A stretch of DNA of 64,000 nt from Elusimicrobiota bacterium (GCA_041694815.1 JBGFSC010000029.1:20302-84301), one strand, 5' to 3'. Counted from the first letter of the stretch, positions 37,241-48,016 are shown. Made by a program: numbers and translations. Notes: a model not told the origin generated them from the letters alone.

Positions 37241-39076
37241 ATGAGGACGTGGGCGCTCGCGCTTTTGATCTCTGCCGCGACTTTCGTCGCGTACGCGCCC
37301 TGTTTGAACGGCGAATTCGTATGGGACGACGGGCTTTTCGCGGGCAATCCCACGCTGGGCGAGCCCGGAGGGTTGAAAAAAATCTGGACCCTGGGAAGTT
37401 CGGAGACCTACTACTACCGCGCCTACCCGCTCACCTACAGCCTCTACTGGCTCCAGCGGCAGCTTTGGGGCCTGAGTCCCTTCGGCTTCCACTGCGTCAA
37501 CGTCGCCCTGCATGCCGTCAACGCCGTTTTATCGGGGCTGCTCTTCGTCCGCCTCCGATTGCCGGGAGCCTGGCTCGCGGCGGCCATTTTCGCCCTTCAC
37601 CCCGTGCATGTCGAGTCGGTGGCGTGGATCTCCGAGCTGCGTAACGTGCTACACGTCGCCTTCTACCTCTTGGCCCTGTTCGCCTACCTACGCTACGAGG
37701 AAGGAGGCGGGAGGCGCTGGTACCTATGTTCCCTCCTCTTGTTCCTGGGGTCCTTGTTGTCGAAAATCGTCGCCTGTACCTTCCCGATAGCCCTGATGCT
37801 GCTTGAGTGGCGCCGATCGGGAAAGCCGAAGCCGTCTCAAATGCTGCGCATCGCTCCCTTTTTCCTCTTGGCCGGGGCCGTCGGCCTTTACGCCATGTGG
37901 GCCGAGCGATTGGTATTCAGCGTCGAGCCGTATCGGGCCGAGTTCAACCTGTCATGGGCCCAGAAGCTGATCCTGGCGGGCCGCGCGCTCTGGTTCTACC
38001 CCGGCAAGCTGCTCTGGCCTAGCGATCTGGCCTTCAGCTACGGGCTTTGGGAATTAGAGCCGAAGGCGCTCGGTTCCTGGGTCCCGCTGGCGGCCGCTGG
38101 CCTGATCGGACTCTGGCTGGCCGCCTCCCGCCGACGCGATGCCGCCTTGGCCCTCGCCTTCTACGCCGCGACGATTGCTCCCGTGCTCGGGTTCATCAAG
38201 ATTTATACCCATCGCTATAGCTACGTCGCGGACCACTATCAATATTTGGCCAGCCTGGGCCTCATCCTCCTGACGGTCGGCTCCGCGCGGCTCCTGCTGC
38301 AAAAAGCCGGCGATGGGGTCCGGCGCGCGGCCGCGACCCTTGTGCTCGCCGCTTTGGCCTCGGCGACCTGGCGGCAGGCGCACGCCTACCGGAACGCCGA
38401 GGCGCTGTGGCGGCATACGATCCGCGGCGCGCCGGGAGCATTCATGGCCCACGTCCATCTCGGCTCGATACTCATGCGACAGGGGCGCGCGGAGGAAGCG
38501 GCCCAGCACTATCGCGAGGCCGCTCGGCTCAACCCCAATTTCGAGGGGGCCCATTACGGGTTGGGCATCTACGCACTGCAGCGCGGTAGGCGCGAGGAGG
38601 CCCTCCGGCGATTTAAGCGCGCGTTGGAGATACATCCCGCCTTTTGGGCCGCCGCCCAGGCCCTCCAGTCCTTGGGTCGCCTGGACCTCGCGCTCGGCGC
38701 CACCTCGCGCGCCGCGCGGCTCTTTCCGGGAGTGGCCGGGGTGCGCAACAACCACGCTATCCTCTTGATGCACGCCGGTCGGCTCGCGGAGGCGCAGGCC
38801 GAGAGCCGCGAGGCGCTGCGTTTGGACCCGTCCCTGGCGGCCGCGCACAACGTCGCCGGGATGCTCGCCGCCCGCCGCGGGGCCTTCGAGGAGGCGGCCG
38901 GGCATTGGTCGAGGGCGCTTAAGCTTAAGCCCGATTTCGCCGACGCGCATGTGCATCTGGGAATGGCCCTTTTGCGCAGGGGCAGGAAGGACATGGCCGC
39001 GGCCCATTTCCGGGCCGCCCTGAGGGTAGACCCGGGGCATGAGGCCGCCCGAAAGGGCCTGGAGATGCTAAAATGA
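37241..39076 (+). CDS. TMTC-like GT-C glycosyltransferase with C-terminal TPRs
   Basis: GEFVWDD, YYRAYPLT, FALHPVHVESVAWISE, ADHYQY, multi-TM N-half followed by TPR repeats. Confidence 0.82.
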   Translation: MRTWALALLISAATFVAYAPCLNGEFVWDDGLFAGNPTLGEPGGLKKIWTLGSSETYYYRAYPLTYSLYWLQRQLWGLSPFGFHCVNVALHAVNAVLSGLLFVRLRLPGAWLAAAIFALHPVHVESVAWISELRNVLHVAFYLLALFAYLRYEEGGGRRWYLCSLLLFLGSLLSKIVACTFPIALMLLEWRRSGKPKPSQMLRIAPFFLLAGAVGLYAMWAERLVFSVEPYRAEFNLSWAQKLILAGRALWFYPGKLLWPSDLAFSYGLWELEPKALGSWVPLAAAGLIGLWLAASRRRDAALALAFYAATIAPVLGFIKIYTHRYSYVADHYQYLASLGLILLTVGSARLLLQKAGDGVRRAAATLVLAALASATWRQAHAYRNAEALWRHTIRGAPGAFMAHVHLGSILMRQGRAEEAAQHYREAARLNPNFEGAHYGLGIYALQRGRREEALRRFKRALEIHPAFWAAAQALQSLGRLDLALGATSRAARLFPGVAGVRNNHAILLMHAGRLAEAQAESREALRLDPSLAAAHNVAGMLAARRGAFEEAAGHWSRALKLKPDFADAHVHLGMALLRRGRKDMAAAHFRAALRVDPGHEAARKGLEMLK

Positions 39077-42000
39077 TCAGCCTAATGCCGCGCCTCATAG
39101 CCGTTTTTCTCCTAATTCCCCTGGCCATCCCGGCCGCGGCGGAGCTTTCCGAGAAAGAGCGCGCCGTCAGCGAGCGGCTTCGGGCGATGGAGGCGTTGAC
39201 GCTCGACGACTGGCGCATACGCGAGGCCGAGGGCCCGCATCTGGAGGACCCGGAGCTCGACGATTCCTCCTGGTCCCCTCTGCGCCTCCATCAGCGATGG
39301 CCCGCCGGCACGTTCTGGCTGCGCCGGTGGGTCGAGATTCCCGCCACGATGGGCGGCTATGACGTGCGCGGCTCCCGGCTGAGGCTGGATCTCGGCATCG
39401 GCAGCGAGGATGATCTACAGCTGCGCGTGTTTTTCAACGGCTCCGAGGTCGCCGTGGGTGACGATCGCATCGAGCCGATATTGCTCGCCGCGCGGGCCGA
39501 GCCGGGCAAGAAGATCTTGGTCGCCGTCAAGGCGATCAGCCGCGCGCAGGGACGCATCCGCCTCTCCGGCGAGCCGAATTTCATGCATCGAGCCCAGATA
39601 CTCGCGCAGGCGCCGGCCGGCCGTCCGGACCCCGGGTCATTTAGGGCCGAATTGCTCTCGGCGCAGGCGCTCGTGGCCGCCTTTCCCGACCCCGAACGCC
39701 AGAAGCGATTAGACGCGGCGTTCGGAGCCGTCGATTTTTCTTTGATTGAGAAAGGAGATCAGGCCGGCTTCGAGAATTCGCTGCGCTCGGCCCGCGCCGA
39801 ACTGGAGGCTCTTAAGCCCTGGATCCGCGGCTTCTCCATCCGCGCCGTCGGCAACGCCCATATCGACATGGCCTGGCTGTGGCCTTGGACCGAGACCGTG
39901 GAGGTCGTGCGCAACACCTTCGGGACGGCCTTGCAGCTCATGCGCGAGTATCCAGACTTCGTCTTCGCGGCCTCCTCCGCTCGGGCCTTCGCCTGGCTCG
40001 AGGAGAAATACCCGCCCCTGTTCGAGGATATTCGCCGCCGCGTCCGGGAGGGACGCTTCGAGGTGGTCGGCGGCATGTGGGTCGAACCGGACCTCAACAT
40101 GCCCGATGGGGAATCCCTGGTCCGCCAGCTCTTGGTCGGCAAGCGCTATTTCCGGGAGAAGCTCGGCGTCGACGTGCGCGTGGGGTGGAACCCGGATTCC
40201 TTCGGCTACAGCTGGCAGCTGCCGCAGATCTATAAGAAGTCGGGCATCGACTATTTCCTGACCCAGAAGATGGCTTGGAACGACACGAACCAGTTTCCGC
40301 ACAAGCTGTTCTGGTGGCAGTCTCCGGACGGCAGCCGGGTGCTGACCTTCTTCCCGCACGATTACGTCAATTTCATCGACCCCGTGCGTATGGCCAATAC
40401 CCTGGCCCACTACGCTCCCAAGACGGGGTCCAAGGAGCTGCTGCATCTCTACGGTGTGGGCGACCATGGGGGAGGCGCGACCCGCGCGATGCTCGACGAC
40501 GCGCGGCGCTGGCAGGATCCCGGCGCGATATACCCGAGGCTTCAGCTCGGCACCGCCTTGGGATTCTTCGACGATTTACGAAAGAAGTCCTTCGGCATGG
40601 ACATCCCCGTCTGGAACAGCGAGCTTTACTTCGAATACCACCGGGGGGTGCTGACCACGCAGGCCCAGACCAAGCGGCGCATACGCCGCAGCGAGGCGGC
40701 CCTGCTCGACGCCGAGAAATTCTCCTCGCTGGCCTCGCTTTACGGGCGCGCGTATCCGCAAGCCGGATTCGAGCAGTCATGGAAAAGGGTTCTCTTCGAC
40801 CATTTCCATGACATCATGCCCGGTTCCGGTATCGCGGTGAACTACGTCGACTCGGCGGAGAACCTCGAGGCCGCGCAGCGCCAGGCCGAGGACGCGCTGC
40901 GCGCTGGCCTGGAGGAACTGGCGGGTCGCATCGATACTCGGGGGTTGGGCGAGCCACTGATCGTCTTTAATCCCCTCGCCTGGGAGCGTACCGACGTGGT
41001 GGAAACGGAGATTCCTTTTCCCGCCGACGCCAGCGATATCGAGGTTCAGGACGGTTCGGGCCGGCCCGTGCCCGCGGAGCTTGTCTCGCGCAATCCCGCC
41101 AGGCATCGGGCCACCCTCCGGTTCATCGCCCCCAAGATTCCTTCCTTGGGATATTCCGTATTCCATGCGGTGGCCGCCACGAAGGCCCGAGCGGCCGCCA
41201 CCGGCCTCTCGGCGAACGGTTTTACGCTGGAAAACGAATTCCTCCGCGTCGTTGTCGATCCCAAAACCGGATGCATCCGCTCTATCTTCGACAAGATGGC
41301 GCGGCAGGAGGCGCTGGCCCCCGGCGCCTGCGGCAACCAGCTACAGGCTTTTTACGACAAGCCCAAGGACTGGGACGCGTGGAACATAGACGCCGACTTC
41401 GAGAAGCAGAAATGGGAGCTGAGCAGCCCCGAATCGGTGGAGCTGGTCGAAAACGGCAGGACCCGCGCCGCCATCCGGGTCGTGCAACGTTTCCAAAAAT
41501 CGCGCTTCGTGCAGGATATCGCCCTCTACCCGCAGATCCCGCGGGTGGACGTCTCGATGCAGGCCGACTGGAACGAGAAACACATTCTGCTTAAGGTTGC
41601 CTTCCCCGTTTCCGTGTCTACGGGCAGCGCCACCTACGAGATCCCATTCGGGAGCATCGAGCGGCCCACTACGCGGCGGGATTCCATCGAGAAGGCGAAA
41701 TTCGAGGTCGCGGCGCTGCGCTGGGCCGACCTCTCGGACGAACGCCACGGCCTGAGCCTGCTCAACGACAGCAAGTACGGCTACGACGGCAAGGACAATG
41801 TCCTGCGCCTCAGCCTGCTGCGATCTCCCGAGTGGCCCGACCCGCATGCCGACGAGGGGCGGCATCGCTTTACTTATGCGCTTTATCCGCATGCCGGCGG
41901 CTGGAGGCAGGCCCATACCGTCCGACGCGGCTACGAGCTTAACGTTCCCCTGCTGGCCGCCCGCGAGCAGGCCCACGAGGGCGCTCTGCCTCCCTCCCAT

Positions 42001-42267
42001 TCCTTTGTGTCGCTCTCGCCCGATCCCGTCGTGCTTACGACGTTGAAGAAGGCCGAGGACGGCGACGAGCTTGTATTCCGTTTCTACGAGTCCCAGGGGA
42101 ACGCGTCGGAAGTGACGTTGAACCTGCCTCCCGGCGCCGTGCGCGCCCACGAAATCGACCTGATGGAGCGCGAATGGCGCTCCTTGCCGCTGTCGGCGGG
42201 CTCGCTGAGGCTGCCGATTGGCGCCTGGGAGATCAAAAGTGTCAAGGTGGGCTTTGGGACTCGCTGA
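39073..42267 (+). CDS. Alpha-mannosidase, GH38, with signal peptide
   Basis: GNAHIDMAWLW, VGGMWVEPD, GWNPDSFG, YGVGDHGGG, ELYFEYHRG, FHDIMPG, LRLSLLR. Confidence 0.93.
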   Translation: MISLMPRLIAVFLLIPLAIPAAAELSEKERAVSERLRAMEALTLDDWRIREAEGPHLEDPELDDSSWSPLRLHQRWPAGTFWLRRWVEIPATMGGYDVRGSRLRLDLGIGSEDDLQLRVFFNGSEVAVGDDRIEPILLAARAEPGKKILVAVKAISRAQGRIRLSGEPNFMHRAQILAQAPAGRPDPGSFRAELLSAQALVAAFPDPERQKRLDAAFGAVDFSLIEKGDQAGFENSLRSARAELEALKPWIRGFSIRAVGNAHIDMAWLWPWTETVEVVRNTFGTALQLMREYPDFVFAASSARAFAWLEEKYPPLFEDIRRRVREGRFEVVGGMWVEPDLNMPDGESLVRQLLVGKRYFREKLGVDVRVGWNPDSFGYSWQLPQIYKKSGIDYFLTQKMAWNDTNQFPHKLFWWQSPDGSRVLTFFPHDYVNFIDPVRMANTLAHYAPKTGSKELLHLYGVGDHGGGATRAMLDDARRWQDPGAIYPRLQLGTALGFFDDLRKKSFGMDIPVWNSELYFEYHRGVLTTQAQTKRRIRRSEAALLDAEKFSSLASLYGRAYPQAGFEQSWKRVLFDHFHDIMPGSGIAVNYVDSAENLEAAQRQAEDALRAGLEELAGRIDTRGLGEPLIVFNPLAWERTDVVETEIPFPADASDIEVQDGSGRPVPAELVSRNPARHRATLRFIAPKIPSLGYSVFHAVAATKARAAATGLSANGFTLENEFLRVVVDPKTGCIRSIFDKMARQEALAPGACGNQLQAFYDKPKDWDAWNIDADFEKQKWELSSPESVELVENGRTRAAIRVVQRFQKSRFVQDIALYPQIPRVDVSMQADWNEKHILLKVAFPVSVSTGSATYEIPFGSIERPTTRRDSIEKAKFEVAALRWADLSDERHGLSLLNDSKYGYDGKDNVLRLSLLRSPEWPDPHADEGRHRFTYALYPHAGGWRQAHTVRRGYELNVPLLAAREQAHEGALPPSHSFVSLSPDPVVLTTLKKAEDGDELVFRFYESQGNASEVTLNLPPGAVRAHEIDLMEREWRSLPLSAGSLRLPIGAWEIKSVKVGFGTR

Positions 42268-42271
42268 CGCG

Positions 42272-43315
42272 TTGAGCCCCCGCAACGCCCTCGTCGTCGC
42301 CTCTCTGCTGCTCAGCGCGGCGATCGGCTGGGTATTCTCGCGCGGCGGCGCGCGCCAGGAAAGCCGGCGCGAGCGCCCGCTGATCGGCTTTTCGATGGAC
42401 ACGCTCAAGGAGGAGCACTGGCCCATCGACAAGGAGCTCTTCTCGCGCAAGGTACGGGAGCTCGGCGCCGACGTGCTGGTGCAGGCGGCCAACAGCGACG
42501 ACACCCGGCAGATCCAGGACATTGAGGCCCTCATCAGCCGCAAGGTGGACGTGCTGGTGATCGTGCCGCACAACGCCGCCGCGATGGCCAAGGGCGTGCG
42601 GCTCGCGCACGCAGCCGGCATCCCCGTCATCGCCTACGACCGGCTCATCACCGGCGTCGATCTTGACCTCTATGTCACCTTCGATTCGGTCAAGGTGGGG
42701 CGAGAGCAGGCGCGCTATCTCGTTGAATCCTTCCAGGGCAAGGGCAAGAAGAAATTGGTCCGGGTATTGGGCGCCAAAACGGACAACAATGTCATCATGG
42801 TCAAGCGGGGGCAGGACAGCGTGCTGGCTCCGGCGATCGAGCGCGGCGAGATCGAGATCGTGCATGAGGATTGGGCCGAGGATTGGAAACCCGAGAACGC
42901 CAAGAAGATTGTTCAGGCGGCCGTAACCCGGCTCGGGCCAAATTTCGACGCGGTGCTGGCGGCCAACGACGGCACAGCCGGTGGGGCCGTCCAGGCTCTC
43001 CTCGAGGACGGACTCGCGGGCAAGGTGCTCGTGACGGGCCAGGACGCGGAACTGGCCGCCTGCCAGAGGATTGTCGGCGGCACCCAGTCGATGACGGTGT
43101 ACAAGCCGATCAAGGCCCTGGCGGATCTGGCCGCGGAGATGGCCGTGCGCATGGCGCGGGGCCGGCCCATCGTCGTGAAAGAGGAGATCGACAACGGTTT
43201 CGCCAAGATCCCCGCGGTATTCGTGCCCGTGCACGCCGTTACCAAGCAGAATATGCTCGAGACCGTAGTCCGCGACGGCTACCACGCCCGCAGCGACGTC
43301 TACCGTGCCCGCTGA
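42272..43315 (+). CDS. xylF: Sugar ABC transporter substrate-binding protein (XylF-like); start approximate
   Basis: IGFSMDTLKEEHW, PVIAYDRLI, TDNN, AANDGTAGG, TGQDAE, MTVYKP. Confidence 0.85.
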   Translation: MSPRNALVVASLLLSAAIGWVFSRGGARQESRRERPLIGFSMDTLKEEHWPIDKELFSRKVRELGADVLVQAANSDDTRQIQDIEALISRKVDVLVIVPHNAAAMAKGVRLAHAAGIPVIAYDRLITGVDLDLYVTFDSVKVGREQARYLVESFQGKGKKKLVRVLGAKTDNNVIMVKRGQDSVLAPAIERGEIEIVHEDWAEDWKPENAKKIVQAAVTRLGPNFDAVLAANDGTAGGAVQALLEDGLAGKVLVTGQDAELAACQRIVGGTQSMTVYKPIKALADLAAEMAVRMARGRPIVVKEEIDNGFAKIPAVFVPVHAVTKQNMLETVVRDGYHARSDVYRAR

Positions 43316-44816
43316 CGCCCTCCTGCGCGCCCGCTCGCTCACCAAGCGCTTCGGCGGCGTTACGGCGCTCGACCGCGTGGACTTCGATCTCTACGAGGGG
43401 GAGATCCACGCCTTGTGCGGCGAGAATGGCGCGGGCAAGTCGACGCTTATCAAGCTACTTTCGGGCATCCATCCCTTCGGCAGCTACGAGGGCGGCTTCG
43501 AGCTGCGCGGCAGGCCAGCGCGTTTCGAGTCGGTGGCCGATGCCGAGGCCGCCGGCATCGCGGTGATCCACCAGGAGCTCGCCTTAGTCGGCGAGATGAG
43601 CGTCGCCGAGAACCTATTCCTGGGCTCGGAGCCCGTGCGCGGCGCCTTCATCGACTACGAGCGCATGCTCGGGCAGTCCCGCGAGCTCTTGCGGCGCTTC
43701 GGGCTGGCCATCGACCCGTCGCTGCCCGCGGGAAGCCTCGGCATGGGGCAGAGGCAGCTTGTCGAGATACTCAAGGCCCTGCGCAAGAACTCCGGCATCC
43801 TTATCCTCGATGAGCCGACGGCGGCCTTAAGCGAAGCCGAGTCGCGGAGGCTGCTCTCGATCCTGCGTGACCTGCGCGCCCAGGGGATCTCCTGCGTCTA
43901 CATCTCGCATCGCCTCGAGGAGATATTCGCCTTGGCCGACCGCATCACCGTGCTCCGGGACGGCTCGACGGTCGCGACGCTGCGCCGTGAGGACGCCGAC
44001 CCCAAGCTTCTCATCCGCCACATGGTGGGCCGCGAGATTTCCGAATTATTCCCGCGCCGCCGAGCCGCCAGGGGAGAGGCCGTCCTGAGCGTTTCGCATC
44101 TGAGCGTCGAGCCCGAAGGCGGCGGCAGGACCCTCGAGGACATCTCCTTCGAGCTGCATGCGGGAGAGGTGCTGGGAATCGGGGGTTTGATGGGCGCCGG
44201 GCGCAGCGAATTGCTGATGCATCTCTTCGGGGCCTGGGGCCGCCGGCGTTCCGGCTCGGTGAGGCTTGCGGGCGCCGAGCTGGCCTGTGGCGGCCCCGAG
44301 GAGTCGATCCGCAGGGGCCTGGCGCTCGTCAGCGAGGATCGGCGGCGGCATGGGCTCTTCCGCGGCCAGGACATACGCTTCAACCTTTCCTTGTCCTCGC
44401 TCGAGCGGTTCTCCCGGCGCGGTTTGGTGGATTCCACCGTCGAGGGGGCGGCCGCGCTATCGATGTTCTCGTCGCTCAAGGTCAGGGCCTCGGGCATCGG
44501 CGTCGATGTCGGAGGGCTTTCGGGCGGCAACCAGCAGAAAGTGGTCCTGGGCAAGGCGCTCATGACGGACCCGAGGGTGGTCCTGCTCGATGAGCCGACG
44601 CGGGGCATCGATGTCGGATCCAAGCAGGAGGTCTACGCCTTTATCAACGATCTCACCGACTCGGGCAGGGGGGTGCTGCTTGTCTCCAGCGAGCTCGGTG
44701 AGCTCATGGGCATGTCCGACCGTATCCTCATGATGCGCGACGGACACGCGGTGGGGGAATTCTCCCCGGAGTCGGACGCGCGTGCCCTCATCGCGGCCGC
44801 GCTGGGGCATGCGTAA
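43305..44816 (+). CDS. xylG: Sugar ABC transporter ATP-binding protein (XylG-like)
   Basis: GENGAGKST, ILDEPT, LSGGNQQKV, LDEPTRGID. Confidence 0.9.
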   Translation: MPADALLRARSLTKRFGGVTALDRVDFDLYEGEIHALCGENGAGKSTLIKLLSGIHPFGSYEGGFELRGRPARFESVADAEAAGIAVIHQELALVGEMSVAENLFLGSEPVRGAFIDYERMLGQSRELLRRFGLAIDPSLPAGSLGMGQRQLVEILKALRKNSGILILDEPTAALSEAESRRLLSILRDLRAQGISCVYISHRLEEIFALADRITVLRDGSTVATLRREDADPKLLIRHMVGREISELFPRRRAARGEAVLSVSHLSVEPEGGGRTLEDISFELHAGEVLGIGGLMGAGRSELLMHLFGAWGRRRSGSVRLAGAELACGGPEESIRRGLALVSEDRRRHGLFRGQDIRFNLSLSSLERFSRRGLVDSTVEGAAALSMFSSLKVRASGIGVDVGGLSGGNQQKVVLGKALMTDPRVVLLDEPTRGIDVGSKQEVYAFINDLTDSGRGVLLVSSELGELMGMSDRILMMRDGHAVGEFSPESDARALIAAALGHA

Positions 44817-45933
44817 CCTTTCTCTCGTCGCCGCTCTCGCGCTGATCGTCGCCTTCTTCGGGATTGCCTCGCCCGAGTTCCTTTCACCCAGGAACCTCTC
44901 GATGCTCGCCATCGAGCTCTCGATCACCGCCACGCTGGCCTTGGGTATGCTGCTCGTGCTTCTGCCGGGTCAGATCGACCTGTCGGTCGGCAGCGGTGTG
45001 GGCCTGTTGGGAGGCATCGCCAGCGTGCTGGTGTTCCAGCGCGGGTGGCCGGCGCCGGCGGCCATGGGGGCGAGCCTGGCGTTGGGAGTGCTACTCTGGC
45101 ATCTAATGGGGCGGCTCATCGTCGGGCAGAATCTCCCGCCCTTCATCGTCACCTTGGGCGGGCTCATGGTGTTCAAGGGGCTCTTTTGGCTCATTATCGG
45201 CAATTCCACGATCCCGGTCGTCCCCGGCGGTGCGCACAATCTCTATTCGCTGCTGACTACCTATTACCTGCCTCCCGCCGCCGGGTGGGTTTTGGCCGCG
45301 GCGGCGGGCTCCGCGCTGGCCTGGACGCGCGTTCGGGAGCGCTCGCGCCGCCGGCGCCTGAACTTGGAGCTTGAATCGGGTGAGTTGTTCTTCCTTAAGC
45401 TTTTCGTCACGCTCCAGTCGCTGCTGCTTTTCGTCGCGCTGATGAATCAATTCCGGGGAATCCCGCTGCCGGTGCTGCTGTTGGCGGCGACGGCCCTGGC
45501 GGTCGGCGTCTTGACCCGTCGGACCGTCTTCGGTCGTCATCTCTATGCCGTCGGGGGCAACGTCGAGGCAGCCTTTATTTCCGGCGTCCCAGTCGAACGC
45601 ACGATCGTGCGGGCCTTCACCGTGATGGGAGCCGTCGTCGCCGCGACCGGCTTCCTCCAAACCGCCTACGCGGGGGCCTCGACGACCACCGTCGGCGAGC
45701 TCATGGAACTCGATGCCGTCGCCGCCTGCGTCATTGGCGGCACCAGCCTGCGGGGGGGGCGCGGCTCCGCGGCGGGAGTCCTGATCGGCGCCTTGATCAT
45801 GGCCGCCCTTCTCAACGGCATGACCCTGCTGGCGGTTTCGCCGGAATTCAAATTCATCGCGCGCGGCTGCGTGCTCACGCTCGCCGTGTGGATGGACTCG
45901 CGGTTCCATGCCCCCGCGCGTCACATTTCCTAG
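44809..45933 (+). CDS. xylH: Sugar ABC transporter permease (XylH-like)
   Basis: GQIDLSVGS, FGRHLYAVGGN, ELDAVAACVIGG. Confidence 0.88.
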   Translation: MRNLSLVAALALIVAFFGIASPEFLSPRNLSMLAIELSITATLALGMLLVLLPGQIDLSVGSGVGLLGGIASVLVFQRGWPAPAAMGASLALGVLLWHLMGRLIVGQNLPPFIVTLGGLMVFKGLFWLIIGNSTIPVVPGGAHNLYSLLTTYYLPPAAGWVLAAAAGSALAWTRVRERSRRRRLNLELESGELFFLKLFVTLQSLLLFVALMNQFRGIPLPVLLLAATALAVGVLTRRTVFGRHLYAVGGNVEAAFISGVPVERTIVRAFTVMGAVVAATGFLQTAYAGASTTTVGELMELDAVAACVIGGTSLRGGRGSAAGVLIGALIMAALLNGMTLLAVSPEFKFIARGCVLTLAVWMDSRFHAPARHIS

Positions 45934-46008
45934 ACACCGACGACATAAATTATTTCCAGGCCCTATGTATCGAGGGTGTATCCTTTTAGTGGTAGGAGGT
46001 ATATTCCT

Positions 46009-46707
46009 ATGAGAGAACTGCAATACCCGTCCTATTCTTCAACGCTGCCCCCCAGGGTCTCCTGGAGCGCCATCTTCGCCGGAGCGATCTTCAGCTTCGT
46101 GCTGATGGCGTGCCTCGTGGCCTTGGGCATGGGCATCGGATTCGTTAGCGCGCCGGCGGCGGGCGACGCGCGGAGCCTGGCGCTGAGCCTGGGAGCCGGG
46201 GGCGCACTCTGGCTGCTGGTCTCCGGGATCGTGGCCTTCTATAGCGGAGGCTGGATCGCGGGGCGGCTGAGCTCGATCGGAAAGGTCAGCGACAGCGTAA
46301 TCCACGGGCTCTTGTCGTGGAGCACGGCGACGCTGGTCTTCTTTATCATGACCTCGGTTGTCGCGGGAGGTGCGGCGGTCGGTTTGTTCGGCTCGCTCGC
46401 CTCGGCGATGGGGGTCGCGGCTTATGAGGAAGGGCAGCAGGGCCGAGAGCTCCAAGGAGTGCCGCAGGGCCGGCAGGATATTCAGGGGGAACTCCAGGAG
46501 CGCGTGGGAGTGACGCCGGATGAGGCGCAGCGGGGGCTTCAGGCGGGCAGCCAAGCGGCCGGGGCCTTCGGGATGTTCGGCTTCCTGATCCTCGCTTGCG
46601 AGGCCTTGGCCTCGGCCTTTGGGGCAAGGGCCGGAACGCGGATGATCAAGCTGACTCCCAGCGAATACGCGCCGCCCCGGCGCGCGCCGGAGCCGGTGGG
46701 CCGGTAA
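46009..46707 (+). CDS. Membrane protein (RVSWSAIFAG...HGLLSW family)
   Basis: AGGAGGT SD before ATG 46009; 4-5 TM helices. Confidence 0.75.
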   Translation: MRELQYPSYSSTLPPRVSWSAIFAGAIFSFVLMACLVALGMGIGFVSAPAAGDARSLALSLGAGGALWLLVSGIVAFYSGGWIAGRLSSIGKVSDSVIHGLLSWSTATLVFFIMTSVVAGGAAVGLFGSLASAMGVAAYEEGQQGRELQGVPQGRQDIQGELQERVGVTPDEAQRGLQAGSQAAGAFGMFGFLILACEALASAFGARAGTRMIKLTPSEYAPPRRAPEPVGR

Positions 46708-46717
46708 TAGAATATCT

Positions 46718-46749
46718 CACCCCACCCGAGTATTTTCTCGGGTGGGGTG
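46718..46749 (+). terminator. Stem-loop after membrane-protein gene
   Basis: CACCCCACCCGAG-TATTTT-CTCGGGTGGGGTG perfect 13-bp stem; no clear U tract. Confidence 0.55.
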
Positions 46750-46807
46750 TGGCTGCGCCGTCAAGAAAGGTTCACATCCCGTCACGAAAGTGTTATAGTC
46801 GTTTGCT

Positions 46808-47968
46808 TTGAAGACCGGAAAACTTTTCTTGGCGGCGGGCCTTCTTTACTTTTTGGCTTCGGCTCCCGCCTGGGCCCGTGACCCGATCGTCATCATCGAA
46901 AACGGGGCGCGGACCTCGGTGGACCGGCAAGGCCTCATCGGCTTCGCCAAGGATTTCGAAAAAAATCCGAGGGATCTTATCTTGGAGGTTCTGGGCCATC
47001 CCTTTTCCTTCGTTACGGGCGGCGCCTGTGGGGCCAATTGCACGAGCCTTACCTTCATCAGCCCCGAGCTCGGGATCAACCGGACCTTCACCGGCGTCAA
47101 CACCGCCGAGGTCAGTGCGGCCTTCAAGGATTACATTAAGAGCAGCGATTTTTTGGCCAAATTCATACGGCTGATCAACTCGGGCGCGGGCGGCCAGCTC
47201 TCGGGAGGCCCGACCAGTACGATCGGCAGCACGGTGCGCATGACGTTCCAGGATACGATGTTCAGCCAGGCCCAGACCTTGGAGCAGAGGCTCGGCGCCC
47301 GCGCGGGCACCGACCCGCAGTTCTCGGGCGGCTTCGCGCAGTTTTCTAGCGACGGCTTCGGGGGCAACATCATCACCGCCACCCCCGGGTTCACCCTGGA
47401 TTTTGGCGCCCGCCGGGACAAGCATCTGAAAGTATGTATCCCTTTGGCTCAAATCGACCTAGCGGGGCTCAAGACCTATCGGGCCGGACTGGGGCTGCAA
47501 TACCTCTATCCGGTCTATCTATCGGAGGGGTGGACGTTGACGCTGGGGCCGGGCCTCTCCTACGCCACGACCTTCTCGGCGGACTTGCCGAATTACTCGG
47601 GGCTGCTGGGCGGAGCCTTTTCCACCTCGATCCAGCGGGATTGGCAAAGTACCTTCGCGACGGCGGCGGGCTACTACGGCCGCTTCAATAATATGGGCGG
47701 CATCGACGCCGGCATACAGGCGAACATCTACGGCTGGGGCCTTCAGGGCGGCTACCGCCTGGGCCAGCGCTGGGTGACGGCGCTGCACGTGGTCGGCATC
47801 CACGAGAGGGTCGCCGGCTTCCCCGTTACCACCTACCACACGATCAGCAACTCCTTCTCCTACAAGATACTCAACCGCTTCGACATCACGCTATCGATTA
47901 GCAAGCTGACCGGTCTGCCGAAGCAGCGCTACGTTGACTTCGGCCTCGGCTCGGCGTGGTTCTTTTAG
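46808..47968 (+). CDS. Putative outer-membrane beta-barrel protein
   Basis: Signal peptide, amphipathic beta pattern, C-terminal YVDFGLGSAWFF; TTCACA-N17-TATAGT promoter upstream. Confidence 0.7.
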   Translation: MKTGKLFLAAGLLYFLASAPAWARDPIVIIENGARTSVDRQGLIGFAKDFEKNPRDLILEVLGHPFSFVTGGACGANCTSLTFISPELGINRTFTGVNTAEVSAAFKDYIKSSDFLAKFIRLINSGAGGQLSGGPTSTIGSTVRMTFQDTMFSQAQTLEQRLGARAGTDPQFSGGFAQFSSDGFGGNIITATPGFTLDFGARRDKHLKVCIPLAQIDLAGLKTYRAGLGLQYLYPVYLSEGWTLTLGPGLSYATTFSADLPNYSGLLGGAFSTSIQRDWQSTFATAAGYYGRFNNMGGIDAGIQANIYGWGLQGGYRLGQRWVTALHVVGIHERVAGFPVTTYHTISNSFSYKILNRFDITLSISKLTGLPKQRYVDFGLGSAWFF

Positions 47969-48016
47969 GAAGCATCCATCCATAACCCTTCGTTAAAACG
48001 GTATAATTTCCCTGCC

